Shown one piece after another: positions 40,688-49,608 of a stretch of 64,000 bases of DNA. The position numbers and the translations under genes are program-made. Each line of letters opens with the position of its first letter. The stretch's first letter is position 1. The notes under the pieces are model-generated. The model did no database searches and was not told the origin of the DNA. It saw nothing but the letters and a program-made list of their open reading frames with translations. Origin of the DNA: Giardia intestinalis (taxonomy: Eukaryota); assembly GCA_000002435.2 (NCBI GenBank), contig CM018793.1, one strand, 5' to 3'.

Positions 40688-41695
40688 CTAGAGGTCTACA
40701 AACATGAAGTCTAACAAGGAATCGTCCACATCCTGTGACACGGTGAGAGTTTCTGCCGACCGTGCTCGCCGTGCAGCGGGAATAGTTGGCTGGATAACCG
40801 GCGGAGGAAACTGGACAATACTGGAAAAGGGAGAAGGGTTCTTCTCATCATCTCTCTCAGGTTCTTCATCCCAAGCTACACGGGCATGACGGGCTTGGCG
40901 CCTGGCAAGGGTGGCAAGGGAGGGGTTTTCTACTGCAGTGAGGCTAAGGGACTGTAGATTATCTAGTGTGCCTTTTGCAAGGAGAGAAGACAGGAGAGGT
41001 CCTTGTTTGCAGTTGACTGGATTCGATGGGCACGGCTCGAAAATCATGTTGGAGCTCTGAAGAAGCCCGCAATCTGCACGAAGCCGCATCCCTTTTGAAG
41101 TAGTGCTAGAAGGAGACCCTTGGGGAACGACCGGATCTAGAGACCTATATGGACTATTGTCATGCAAGATTTCTTGTGGCGAAGTTGTATCCGCTGGAAT
41201 TAAGGCTGGGACAAGATTATCCGAAAACTGCGCCCCTGTACATTTCTGTCTCAGCTCCAGCTCATTCTGATCATCCTTATCTTGCCTGAGGGACAGCTTC
41301 GGCTCTACATTCACTGCTTTTGTCCGCTGTTGCTTGGTAGACTTGGCCGAGCGCCGTGGAGAAGCTGGCGGAGAATGCTCTGCCAAGTGATGGACTGAAG
41401 GAGTGGCAGATCCTTGACGTGTCGCTGACCTGTATTTATACTGAAAGTAAGATGGCGGCAAGAACTTTATATTTGTTGTGTATTCATATCTAGGGTGCCC
41501 TGCAGGGCCAGGCACCGCCTCAAAGTCTCGCGAGGCGACTATCTTTGTGCACCGGGGGCGTGTTGTGTGAGGCCTGGTCCTCTTGGAGGGAAGAGAACTT
41601 CTGGGACCTGCACCCTCGGGAGTAGCTTGAGGTGCCTGCGCCTCTGCCTGGAGCTGCCGAGTTCTTGGCCGCGGCGAAGCTCGCCGAGCAGGCAT
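40688..41695 (-). CDS. Hypothetical low-complexity (Pro/Ser/Arg-rich) protein (335 aa). It may be the 3' part of a frameshifted gene that also includes 41520..42119.
   Basis: ORF with ATG. It overlaps the upstream ORF by 176 nt in a different frame. Confidence 0.35.
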   Translation of the reverse strand: MPARRASPRPRTRQLQAEAQAPQATPEGAGPRSSLPSKRTRPHTTRPRCTKIVASRDFEAVPGPAGHPRYEYTTNIKFLPPSYFQYKYRSATRQGSATPSVHHLAEHSPPASPRRSAKSTKQQRTKAVNVEPKLSLRQDKDDQNELELRQKCTGAQFSDNLVPALIPADTTSPQEILHDNSPYRSLDPVVPQGSPSSTTSKGMRLRADCGLLQSSNMIFEPCPSNPVNCKQGPLLSSLLAKGTLDNLQSLSLTAVENPSLATLARRQARHARVAWDEEPERDDEKNPSPFSSIVQFPPPVIQPTIPAARRARSAETLTVSQDVDDSLLDFMFVDL

Positions 41696-42119
41696 CGTTT
41701 TTTAGAACTCGATTTTTGTTGAGCCAGGAAGGTTTTGCCTTTGCTGAATCCCTGCATGATTGGAGTGAAAGAGGAGCAAACGCAGTAAACGCAGGGGAGC
41801 TACTATTATCCTGGATTTGGGACAGATTGGGCCTATCTGCACGTGGCGTTGACCCATTGGTGGGTGTTCTTCTGCATCTTGACATGTTCTGATTTGGATG
41901 CGGGGACTTTACAGATCTAGATGCGGGTGGACAGGGGCTTGAATAGCTGGACTTGAGTCGCAGAGTCTCATGCTTAGCTTCAGAGCTTTCTAAGAAATTG
42001 CGAGAGCTTTTGCGCTGCGAGTCTATGGGTTGGTCAACTGGTTCCTTCAGCAGCTGTATTCCAGCCTGCGTCGTCAAAAATGCTCGAATGATGGGAGCAA
42101 GATAGTGCTCCTCGGGCAT
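41520..42119 (-). CDS. Hypothetical low-complexity protein (199 aa). It overlaps the N-terminus of the downstream ORF.
   Basis: ORF with ATG (ccgcttaaagataatttacacATG). Ser/Pro-rich. Confidence 0.3.
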   Translation of the reverse strand: MPEEHYLAPIIRAFLTTQAGIQLLKEPVDQPIDSQRKSSRNFLESSEAKHETLRLKSSYSSPCPPASRSVKSPHPNQNMSRCRRTPTNGSTPRADRPNLSQIQDNSSSPAFTAFAPLSLQSCRDSAKAKPSWLNKNRVLKNDACSASFAAAKNSAAPGRGAGTSSYSRGCRSQKFSSLQEDQASHNTPPVHKDSRLARL

Positions 42120-42245
42120 GTGTAAATTATCTTTAAGCGGTCACGGGGACATAGAGATAGTATGGGAAGAACAACTGATGTATCGAAGACACTGTAGTTT
42201 ACAACCCGTAGGTAGATAAAGGGAGGCTAAGTCAGATTTCTAATT

Positions 42246-42773
42246 CTATGACTGGTGAGGTTCTCCAGCGCCATTGCGCGGGTTGATACCAGAGTTGGAC
42301 AGGGAGCTATGAAGACTGAGAAGCAAGTCATTGCTAATTGCACGACCTTCAGGAGGAATATCATCGACAAGATTATTCAAGGCATGCTGAATACGTGCTT
42401 GGGTTCGTATGGCGTCTGCATTTTGGTTCCCATCAAAAAGTGACGATGTGAGGCGCGAAGACGGGGAGGTTGACGATCTAAAAGGCTGCACTCGTGCTCG
42501 AGAGGAACAAGGGTGCAGAGCAGCCCTACGGAGACTGCAGTAGGGCATACTTGCATACATGTCCGCAACGGGAGGGCTCTGGAGGAGATCTCTATTGAGC
42601 TCGCGGCGACCCCACTGAACAGCAGATGCAATATTTGAACTCACATAGTTCCTCGTCGGACGCTTCAGACAGAGCGGGAGGGCTGAAACCATGCGGCCTA
42701 TCTCTGCTGGAGGTAGCCGCGGGGCTCGTGGGGACGGAGGCGTCGGAGACAAAGCCAGTGAATCTAATAACAT
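42246..42773 (-). CDS. Hypothetical Pro/Ser-rich protein (~175 aa).
   Basis: The track start at 42791 is TTG; the first ATG is at 42773. It is sandwiched head-to-tail between minus-strand genes. Confidence 0.3.
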   Translation of the reverse strand: MLLDSLALSPTPPSPRAPRLPPAEIGRMVSALPLCLKRPTRNYVSSNIASAVQWGRRELNRDLLQSPPVADMYASMPYCSLRRAALHPCSSRARVQPFRSSTSPSSRLTSSLFDGNQNADAIRTQARIQHALNNLVDDIPPEGRAISNDLLLSLHSSLSNSGINPRNGAGEPHQS

Positions 42774-42817
42774 ATTCACAAGACAGCACAAAAGGCAGGA
42801 GGAGGGGTGACCACGGA

Positions 42818-44449
42818 TCAGTCGTTCAGTCCAATCATGTTCTTTGCAACGTTCATCACCATGGCTCCCTTTGTAGGGATGCCTGTTCCACTTTCCTTGG
42901 GCCCGAATACGCTCATGAGGCCCTTCGACTCCTTCGTACCCTTCTTACTCTTCTTGCTGTCATCCTCACTAGTCCGCTTACGAATCTTGCAGCGCTTGCA
43001 CTGAACAAATACATATGTCACCCAGAGGGCTACTGCAACCGGAGATAGTGCGACTATAGCCCAGTACATGTTCAGAAACCAAGCATCGAATTTGCATGCA
43101 TTGGCAACTGTGTCCTTGAAGAGTTTGTACACACCAGACGCATTAGTATATTCGCTCATCATCACGATAAGAAACAGGAGAGACGGGAGCGCACCTACAC
43201 ACATCATCATAGAATTAAATACAAAGCCCACAAGGGGCGTGTTGTTCCGCTCCATAGGGTAGATCTTCATGAAAAACACAAACTTGAGTCCCAGGATTGT
43301 CACCCCGTTAACAAAACAGAACAAGATATAAATGGCGAGGCTACTGTAAAAGATTATCGACAGGATGGGGAAAGGCAAGGCACTGTCCATGGCTGCGAAT
43401 GCTTTGTCTAAAATGTAAAAGGGCTTAGGTAGCGCGGCCGCTATTATCTGGATGTACCAGAGCACAGAAACTATTAAGAAAAATATTCCAAGTACCAGTA
43501 GTAAATAGTACTTGAGTGGATTAGCTGTCTCCTTGATATTCATGGCGAGAGTGTCAGTGTACTCCCTCTCCATCTCCTCGAGGTCTCGCTCAAGCTTCTC
43601 GAAATTACGTGCCTCTTTCCTTAAAGATGACCTGCTGAACAGGGCGCTTCTTTCGTTTCTCTTTATCATCCTTTCAACGTGGTCTCGGCTGTACTCTTTG
43701 ATCAGTAGTTCATATATTCTGTCGTACTCCTTCAAAAGATTGAGTGACCTCTGCTTGTAGCGCTGCTTGAACGTGAGGAGCTCGTCCTTGTTCATGCTAT
43801 GAGGCCGTTTGATAAACCTAATGATGTATGATACGGGATAAATAAATAGCCCGACGGATAAGAACAAAACGAAAATTATGCTACCGAGGAAGCAAGCAAA
43901 AACAATGAAGTAAATGTAGATAGGCATGGTCGAAGATGTGGACGCTTTCAGAATCCTCTCTGGTGCAGCCAGGGCATTTGTCGTCTGCTTTGGGCAGGTG
44001 TTCCTTACTTCCAGTAGCCACCACAGAAATGCAGACAAGAGCAGCGTGCTCGCGATGATGACTGCGGCCTTCCAGAGGCCCCCAAGCAACGACCTTCCTA
44101 TCGTTTCTCCGGCATTACGAGAAGAGATGTAGAAGTAGCAGAGAGGGAGGAGAAATGTTGCCAAAAAAATTGCGAAGAGCATCAATCCGACCCAAATATA
44201 TGACATGATGGTCGGATTTATCCCAACTGGAGACGTAGCATTGAACGTTGAACTATTCGCCCGATCAAGGGGGATCATGACAGGGAGCATGAACAGGAAG
44301 AAAAGAGAGAAGACAACTAAAATCCGAGACGGCAACTCGACCCATTTGTCGCTAGGCCTCGACCAGTAAAGCAATATGTAAATTGACATGGCCAGCACGA
44401 TGGCTGCAGCCCCCAGAGCAAGCCCCAGGAGAACCCAGGAGACACCCAT
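42818..44449 (-). CDS. LMBR1-like polytopic membrane protein (543 aa).
   Basis: About 9 predicted TM helices, with a central cytoplasmic coiled-coil loop (LKEYDRIYELLIKEYSRDHVERMIKRNE...LERDLEEMEREY) between TM blocks. This is the arrangement characteristic of LMBR1/LIMR proteins. A-rich initiator (caaaatcaaaaaagtgaATG). Confidence 0.55.
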   Translation of the reverse strand: MGVSWVLLGLALGAAAIVLAMSIYILLYWSRPSDKWVELPSRILVVFSLFFLFMLPVMIPLDRANSSTFNATSPVGINPTIMSYIWVGLMLFAIFLATFLLPLCYFYISSRNAGETIGRSLLGGLWKAAVIIASTLLLSAFLWWLLEVRNTCPKQTTNALAAPERILKASTSSTMPIYIYFIVFACFLGSIIFVLFLSVGLFIYPVSYIIRFIKRPHSMNKDELLTFKQRYKQRSLNLLKEYDRIYELLIKEYSRDHVERMIKRNERSALFSRSSLRKEARNFEKLERDLEEMEREYTDTLAMNIKETANPLKYYLLLVLGIFFLIVSVLWYIQIIAAALPKPFYILDKAFAAMDSALPFPILSIIFYSSLAIYILFCFVNGVTILGLKFVFFMKIYPMERNNTPLVGFVFNSMMMCVGALPSLLFLIVMMSEYTNASGVYKLFKDTVANACKFDAWFLNMYWAIVALSPVAVALWVTYVFVQCKRCKIRKRTSEDDSKKSKKGTKESKGLMSVFGPKESGTGIPTKGAMVMNVAKNMIGLND

Positions 44450-44494
44450 TCACTTTTTTGATTTTGGACGAACAAATTGATAGTTAGTAGATGC

Positions 44495-47400
44495 CTACTC
44501 AACTAGAGATACATTGAAGCGCATTCTCACACCCATCGCTGCGAGGTCATTGGCAAGAACGAGCAGCACCATGGGTATTTGTATGAGCCGCCCGTGGCCT
44601 GTAGCCTTACATTCTCGGCAGACACTTCCGCCCAGCTGCATTCCAAGCAGACTTCCACATGCAGCGCAGACAACGTGCTCCGTGGCGTCACTCTCTGTGC
44701 AGAGTCTACCCCTAAGGCTCGCCATAGCTCCGTGGGCCAACAAAGCATCTCGCTCCATTTCTCCGAAGCGCAGGCCGCCACCCCTCTTACGCCCCTTGAT
44801 GGGCTGCTTTGTGATCTTGTCGGAGGGGCCTTCTGCGCGAACCTGGTACTTGTCTGACACCATGTGTCGTAGACGCTGATAGTAGACAACGCCAATGAAA
44901 ATGTCGGCTGGCATTGGGTCCCCAGTTATGGCGCTGTACATGACCTCCGACCCGTACCTATTAAATTGGCCTGTTTTGAGAAGTTGCTCACCAAAGACAT
45001 CTATAGCGCGACGCTCGTCACTCCACTGAAAAGGCGAAGAATCAACAAAGTCAGCGTAGTGCACGCCTATCTTGGAGGCAAGTGACTCTATAAGCATTCC
45101 GACTGTCATTCTGGATGGAAAAGCGTGGGGGTTAATGATGAGGTCGGGAACTATACCGCTGGAGGTAAAGGGCATGTCGGTTTGCCGCCACCGTATCCCC
45201 ATGATTCCTTTCTGGCCATGTCGGCTTGCAACCTTGTCTCCCACAACAGGAGTTCTGTCGTGCCGAATGACTATGCGCACGCGCTGAATAAAGTGTAGAG
45301 ATGAGCTCTCAGTTCGAGCACGGGTCTGCAACTGTCTAGAGGACTTTCTCTCCGCCTTGCTTGCGTGTGACCGCGGCGTTGCTGTTTGGTTATCTTCATT
45401 TGATTCGGAACCGCTACCTGGCTGGTTACTTATCTCATCATCCGAAGCATCATTATCAAGGTTGGATGAGTTGGAGTCTCCAGCTGGAAACGAAGAGTCC
45501 CGTTTCTTCTTTGTAGCAATATCGTTATCGGTCCAATACTCTCCTTTCGCAGCGCTTTTATGAATAACGATGACCTTCTCCACAAACCCCGGTTCGTGAT
45601 GGTACAGCTTGGTTGAGTAGCACTGCTTAGTTGGGTCATACGTTTGGTAGAATACACTGCCATGCGACAGGTATGCCCCAACGGGAGGAAGCCCGTCCTC
45701 GTCTAGCTCTGTGTCGTAGTTCTCATCCATGTGAGTCACAATATAGTCTGGGCTGCGCTTGAGGTAGGGCACGGCAGTGGCTACGGTTCGCATGTATCTC
45801 ATTAGCTTGTCGTCGTAGCAATCTATGTCGTGAACCGAATAAACGGTTCCGTGAAAAAGACCTCGCTCCAGCGAGGCCTTGTTGATCAGTGCTGCGTCCT
45901 CCATATCGTATGAGGTATACGCCGAGACTGCCACCACTAGGTTCGTGCCTGTTGGGTGGGTATCGAAGCCACCAATATCATGTATGATTGCGTTCCGCAC
46001 AAGAGGCTTCTGGGGAGTTGTAAGGAGATAGGACTTTGTATCATATTTATATGCAAGATTGCGGCACGGGATTCCCATCGTTTGCTTGAGCATTTGGCAC
46101 TCATACATGTTCCTGGGGGACTGATTGTGGTCCGAGAATGGCACCAGAAGCCCAAGAATGGAGAGAAGGGAGGTTGGGGTAATTTCTTGATGCGTAGTCA
46201 CCCCCAGGCGCACGTCGTCGCCATAGATGGCTATCTGAAGGAATATCTGCTCAAGAGGAGTAATATACTCTGGTGAATTATTAGTCAGTGAGTGGACAGG
46301 GCGATAGAATCGTCCCATGGATGTGTTCATATAGATTCCCGGAAAGAGATGATCTTTATTGCCCTTCTCTATAAAAACGACTTCGGTGTACGGGAAAATA
46401 ATAGACTTTACCTTTGCTGCGCGAATGCACGCGACAAGCTGAATTGCACGTTCATTCGTATCTAAATAGCCTAGAATAGTGCCATTGAGCACCACACAAA
46501 GGCTGTAGATATCAGAAAGAGAGGGGGAAAGCCCAAATTGTGCCAATAATATGAATAGATTTGCAATTTGATCGGTGGTTGGGGTGGAGCTGAGGACCGT
46601 GGCCTTATAGCAAAGATGCGTGAGTATTCCACATGGCGCACCATCCGGGGTGTGGACAGCACACTGGAAGCCGTAGGACTCTGGGTACAGTTTTCTAATG
46701 CTAGTGATTTTGTGAGTCGCAAAGGCGTTTCCTCGGTTTATGCAACGAAAATGCGCCAGGAAGCGGACGTAGTTTATCCTATCTGCAAGGACCGAGAGGC
46801 CACTCATATTAGAGTAGTCGTGGCCCTTGTATGCGCGCATCACTCCCGGTCCGGCAAGAGATCGCAGGCCACTAGACAAGGGCCTCCAAAGTTTGGGAGA
46901 GGCTATGTAATGAGAAATCCAAGAGTTTGAGAGCTCATAGCTGCCAATGGCTCCGGTGGAGGTGGCGTTTCGAGAGACAAGACGCATGATTTTGATGAGG
47001 GTAGACGTGACCTCTGCCTTGAAAAAGGCGCCAGGAGTAAGAGCCTCTTGCGAAGACAGCAGGTCTGGACTGTCTGGCTTTATAAAGCTACCAAAGAGCA
47101 GCAGGCATTTGCGGGCCATGAGGCACATCATATTAAACTTGGCTCTGGTGTCTTCCTTGGGGATGTTTATCAGAAGGTACTGCTCGAATAATAGGTCACA
47201 GCAGTCCACATCTGTCAAGTCATACCTATCTAACAAGGAAAGGATCATCCTGAACTTACCGCCAAGTAACTGCTTGCAGGCTTTGTGGGAGAAAATGCGA
47301 TATTTGTGAAAGTCTCGCAGCATAGCTTCAACCCGAAGGGAGACATATCCATCTTCTTTGGGGTGTGCTGAAGCACAGATGGTACAGATGGTGGAATAAA

Positions 47401-48202
47401 TCTCCTTATCTGTTGTCGAAACTAGAGCACGCAGAACCAGTATGAGAGGCACATAAATGTATCTTCCATCTATTGTGAATTTCACGCTGAGAAAGTTATC
47501 CTTTCGTGCCTGTATGACTGTGGAGTAGACGTGCCCATCTTCTCGAACCCCTTTGTAGTGCACGCCTGCAGGAGCAAATTCAGAAATCGTGGACAAAGAA
47601 CGATATTTGGTGAACGCAAGGGGGGTATTAGACAGACAGTCCAAATAAAGGCGCACAACTTTGTCTTGACCATTTGAGATAAAGTATCCCCCCGCATCAC
47701 GCTCATCCTCGCGGAGTCGTATCCTTTCTTCCCGTGTTTTCCCATGCAACAAGCAAAGCTTTGATCCTACCATGACCGGAACGTCTCCGGCATTGATGAC
47801 TACGGTCTTGGACATTGGTCCGTCCGACACCTTGAGGGTAACGTGTAGTGGGCCACAATAGTTGGCGCGTGTTTCCCGGGCAAAAGCTGGTGTAAAAGAA
47901 GGAGGCTTGATGGTTAGATTGACTATTTCGACCTTAATAGCCTTGGATGTGCTTAGGTTAATAACTATTGCAGGTGCGTGTTTGATGATTGTTGTATTTA
48001 AGGAATCAATGAAATCGTTGAATGAGTTGACGTGAGCACTGACGGCTTCTGTGTTGAAGTTCTCGTTGAACTGCGACGTATATCCAGTATGTCTTGGAGA
48101 TAGTTTGCGGCGCCACCGGTTGTCCTTATGGTCTTTCTTCTGGTTGCAGATCTTTAAATCATCTATATCCTCGGTTGGGAGGTCAGTAAGGCAGAGCGTC
48201 AT
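44495..48202 (-). CDS. RPA2: DNA-directed RNA polymerase second-largest subunit, most similar to the RNA polymerase I RPA2 (RPA135) signature (~1235 aa).
   Basis: GDKVASRHGQKGIMGI metal-site motif. C-terminal zinc ribbon CAACGSLLG...CRECKATGHG. DHNQSPRNMYECQMLKQTMGIP matches the RPA2-type NQSPRNMYQCQMGKQTMG rather than the Rpb2/Rpc2 variants. The track start at 48316 is GTG. The first ATG at 48202 has an AT-rich upstream (tcaattaaaacttATG). Confidence 0.8.
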   Translation of the reverse strand: MTLCLTDLPTEDIDDLKICNQKKDHKDNRWRRKLSPRHTGYTSQFNENFNTEAVSAHVNSFNDFIDSLNTTIIKHAPAIVINLSTSKAIKVEIVNLTIKPPSFTPAFARETRANYCGPLHVTLKVSDGPMSKTVVINAGDVPVMVGSKLCLLHGKTREERIRLREDERDAGGYFISNGQDKVVRLYLDCLSNTPLAFTKYRSLSTISEFAPAGVHYKGVREDGHVYSTVIQARKDNFLSVKFTIDGRYIYVPLILVLRALVSTTDKEIYSTICTICASAHPKEDGYVSLRVEAMLRDFHKYRIFSHKACKQLLGGKFRMILSLLDRYDLTDVDCCDLLFEQYLLINIPKEDTRAKFNMMCLMARKCLLLFGSFIKPDSPDLLSSQEALTPGAFFKAEVTSTLIKIMRLVSRNATSTGAIGSYELSNSWISHYIASPKLWRPLSSGLRSLAGPGVMRAYKGHDYSNMSGLSVLADRINYVRFLAHFRCINRGNAFATHKITSIRKLYPESYGFQCAVHTPDGAPCGILTHLCYKATVLSSTPTTDQIANLFILLAQFGLSPSLSDIYSLCVVLNGTILGYLDTNERAIQLVACIRAAKVKSIIFPYTEVVFIEKGNKDHLFPGIYMNTSMGRFYRPVHSLTNNSPEYITPLEQIFLQIAIYGDDVRLGVTTHQEITPTSLLSILGLLVPFSDHNQSPRNMYECQMLKQTMGIPCRNLAYKYDTKSYLLTTPQKPLVRNAIIHDIGGFDTHPTGTNLVVAVSAYTSYDMEDAALINKASLERGLFHGTVYSVHDIDCYDDKLMRYMRTVATAVPYLKRSPDYIVTHMDENYDTELDEDGLPPVGAYLSHGSVFYQTYDPTKQCYSTKLYHHEPGFVEKVIVIHKSAAKGEYWTDNDIATKKKRDSSFPAGDSNSSNLDNDASDDEISNQPGSGSESNEDNQTATPRSHASKAERKSSRQLQTRARTESSSLHFIQRVRIVIRHDRTPVVGDKVASRHGQKGIMGIRWRQTDMPFTSSGIVPDLIINPHAFPSRMTVGMLIESLASKIGVHYADFVDSSPFQWSDERRAIDVFGEQLLKTGQFNRYGSEVMYSAITGDPMPADIFIGVVYYQRLRHMVSDKYQVRAEGPSDKITKQPIKGRKRGGGLRFGEMERDALLAHGAMASLRGRLCTESDATEHVVCAACGSLLGMQLGGSVCRECKATGHGRLIQIPMVLLVLANDLAAMGVRMRFNVSLVE

Positions 48203-48701
48203 AAGTTTTAATTGAAATTCAGTGATTTGGAACTCTGGCCTACCATACCAATCTGGTAACGAGCTAGAGAGATTATGGGCGGCTATCCTGATTGCTATTT
48301 CTTTACTCCTCGTCACTCACTATGTCCCCTTACTTCATTTAATGCGATGTGATAGCTGAGCTACGAGTCTGGGCAGACATACCCTTTCGCTCTCCCAGTG
48401 ACATGTGTTTGATGGTATGGCCTTAAAAAGTAAATACCTCTATGCTCTGCTTAGTCTAGACGCCAATCGACACAGGACAGGATTGGTAAAAAATTGAAGC
48501 GCAATCTCAGCACTGATCAACACAGGAAAAGCTGACCGAACACACCCTGCTCTACTCACCCTGTGCACAAAAACATCCCCCCTCGGGGAACGGAAGGCTG
48601 ACCTAGCCACCCCCAAGCGTCGATCGGTGGCTCCATTATTGGGGCAGCGCGCAGCGGAATGGGCCTCGCCGGCGCGCAGCACGGGCGACCCCAAGGAGGA
48701 G

Positions 48702-49493
48702 ATGAAAGCCAGAGCTATAGACCAATTACAGGCCAACATCCATTGGAAGCAGTCCTATCAGAATAGGAAAGAGCTTGAGGAGCTCACTACGGGGAGGACA
48801 GGTGTCTCATTCATAGCGGCCAGACTAAACAACAGAGCCCCAGAAAACTTAAACATATCTGCCATAGGGTATCAAAGACGTGCTTTGAGTCCGCGCCGTA
48901 GCCTCAGTAAGTCATCTCCGCAATCAAGCATTCTGGCTCCAGATAGCCTTCGGTTCCTTTTCGAAGAAAGCCCCCAGCAAGTGCCCACGAGGATGAAGCC
49001 ACAGGAGCTTCCACGTGCAAATGGTAACTCAATGACAAGGGAGGAGATAAGCCAGGCCATGAGCAGGATTCGTGCAAGGAGAGCGGCTAGCCTGAACAAA
49101 ACATATACTCTTGATGGGAGCCCATGTACCTTGATTACCTTCAATTCCCATCTGAAGGACGAAGATGTTGATAAACTTAACGTGTCTCTCCAAACCAGGG
49201 GTGCCGGCACTTCCATAGATGGTGGCTGCATGCGAGGAGGTGCACTATCAACCGTTCTTCGTGAGATTGACCAGATTCCAGACCAGGAGCTCCTTTGTGA
49301 GTCCCCTCGTGACCCAATATCTGGCTGTGTGGACACGGCTTTCAGAAGTTACAGCAGAGGAAGCTCTACAGCAGCGCCCACTCGACCGCAGGCACAGCTG
49401 GGGTTTTCTACTATGTCACTTAAGCCATTCTTCGGAGAGTCTATGTGCCTAAACCACGCAGCAGCCCGCCACAGAGCGAAGGCTATTGCTTGA
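48702..49493 (+). CDS. Hypothetical protein (~263 aa).
   Basis: The track start at 48627 is GTG; the first ATG is at 48702 in a GC-rich context. No recognisable domains. Confidence 0.35.
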   Translation: MKARAIDQLQANIHWKQSYQNRKELEELTTGRTGVSFIAARLNNRAPENLNISAIGYQRRALSPRRSLSKSSPQSSILAPDSLRFLFEESPQQVPTRMKPQELPRANGNSMTREEISQAMSRIRARRAASLNKTYTLDGSPCTLITFNSHLKDEDVDKLNVSLQTRGAGTSIDGGCMRGGALSTVLREIDQIPDQELLCESPRDPISGCVDTAFRSYSRGSSTAAPTRPQAQLGFSTMSLKPFFGESMCLNHAAARHRAKAIA

Positions 49494-49608
49494 TAGCCAT
49501 ACAGCAATAGAAGGGCTGCTGTGCACGTGTTTGCACTTACTTTCCCACGCTGATTAAGTAAATTATATTAGCAGAATTCATAAAAAACTACCGCTTGGAT
49601 TCTACGCC

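Noticed and set aside
48316-48316. ORF-track start codons at 48316 (RPA2), 40655 (HCMP), 63867, 12945, 18990, 32810, 42791, 48627 and 57512.
   Set aside because: These first 'M' residues are GTG or TTG on inspection. GTG applies to 48316, 40655, 63867 and 48627; TTG applies to 12945, 18990, 32810, 42791 and 57512. Eukaryotic nuclear genes need ATG, so the starts were moved to the first in-frame ATG, which generally has a better A/T-rich initiator context.
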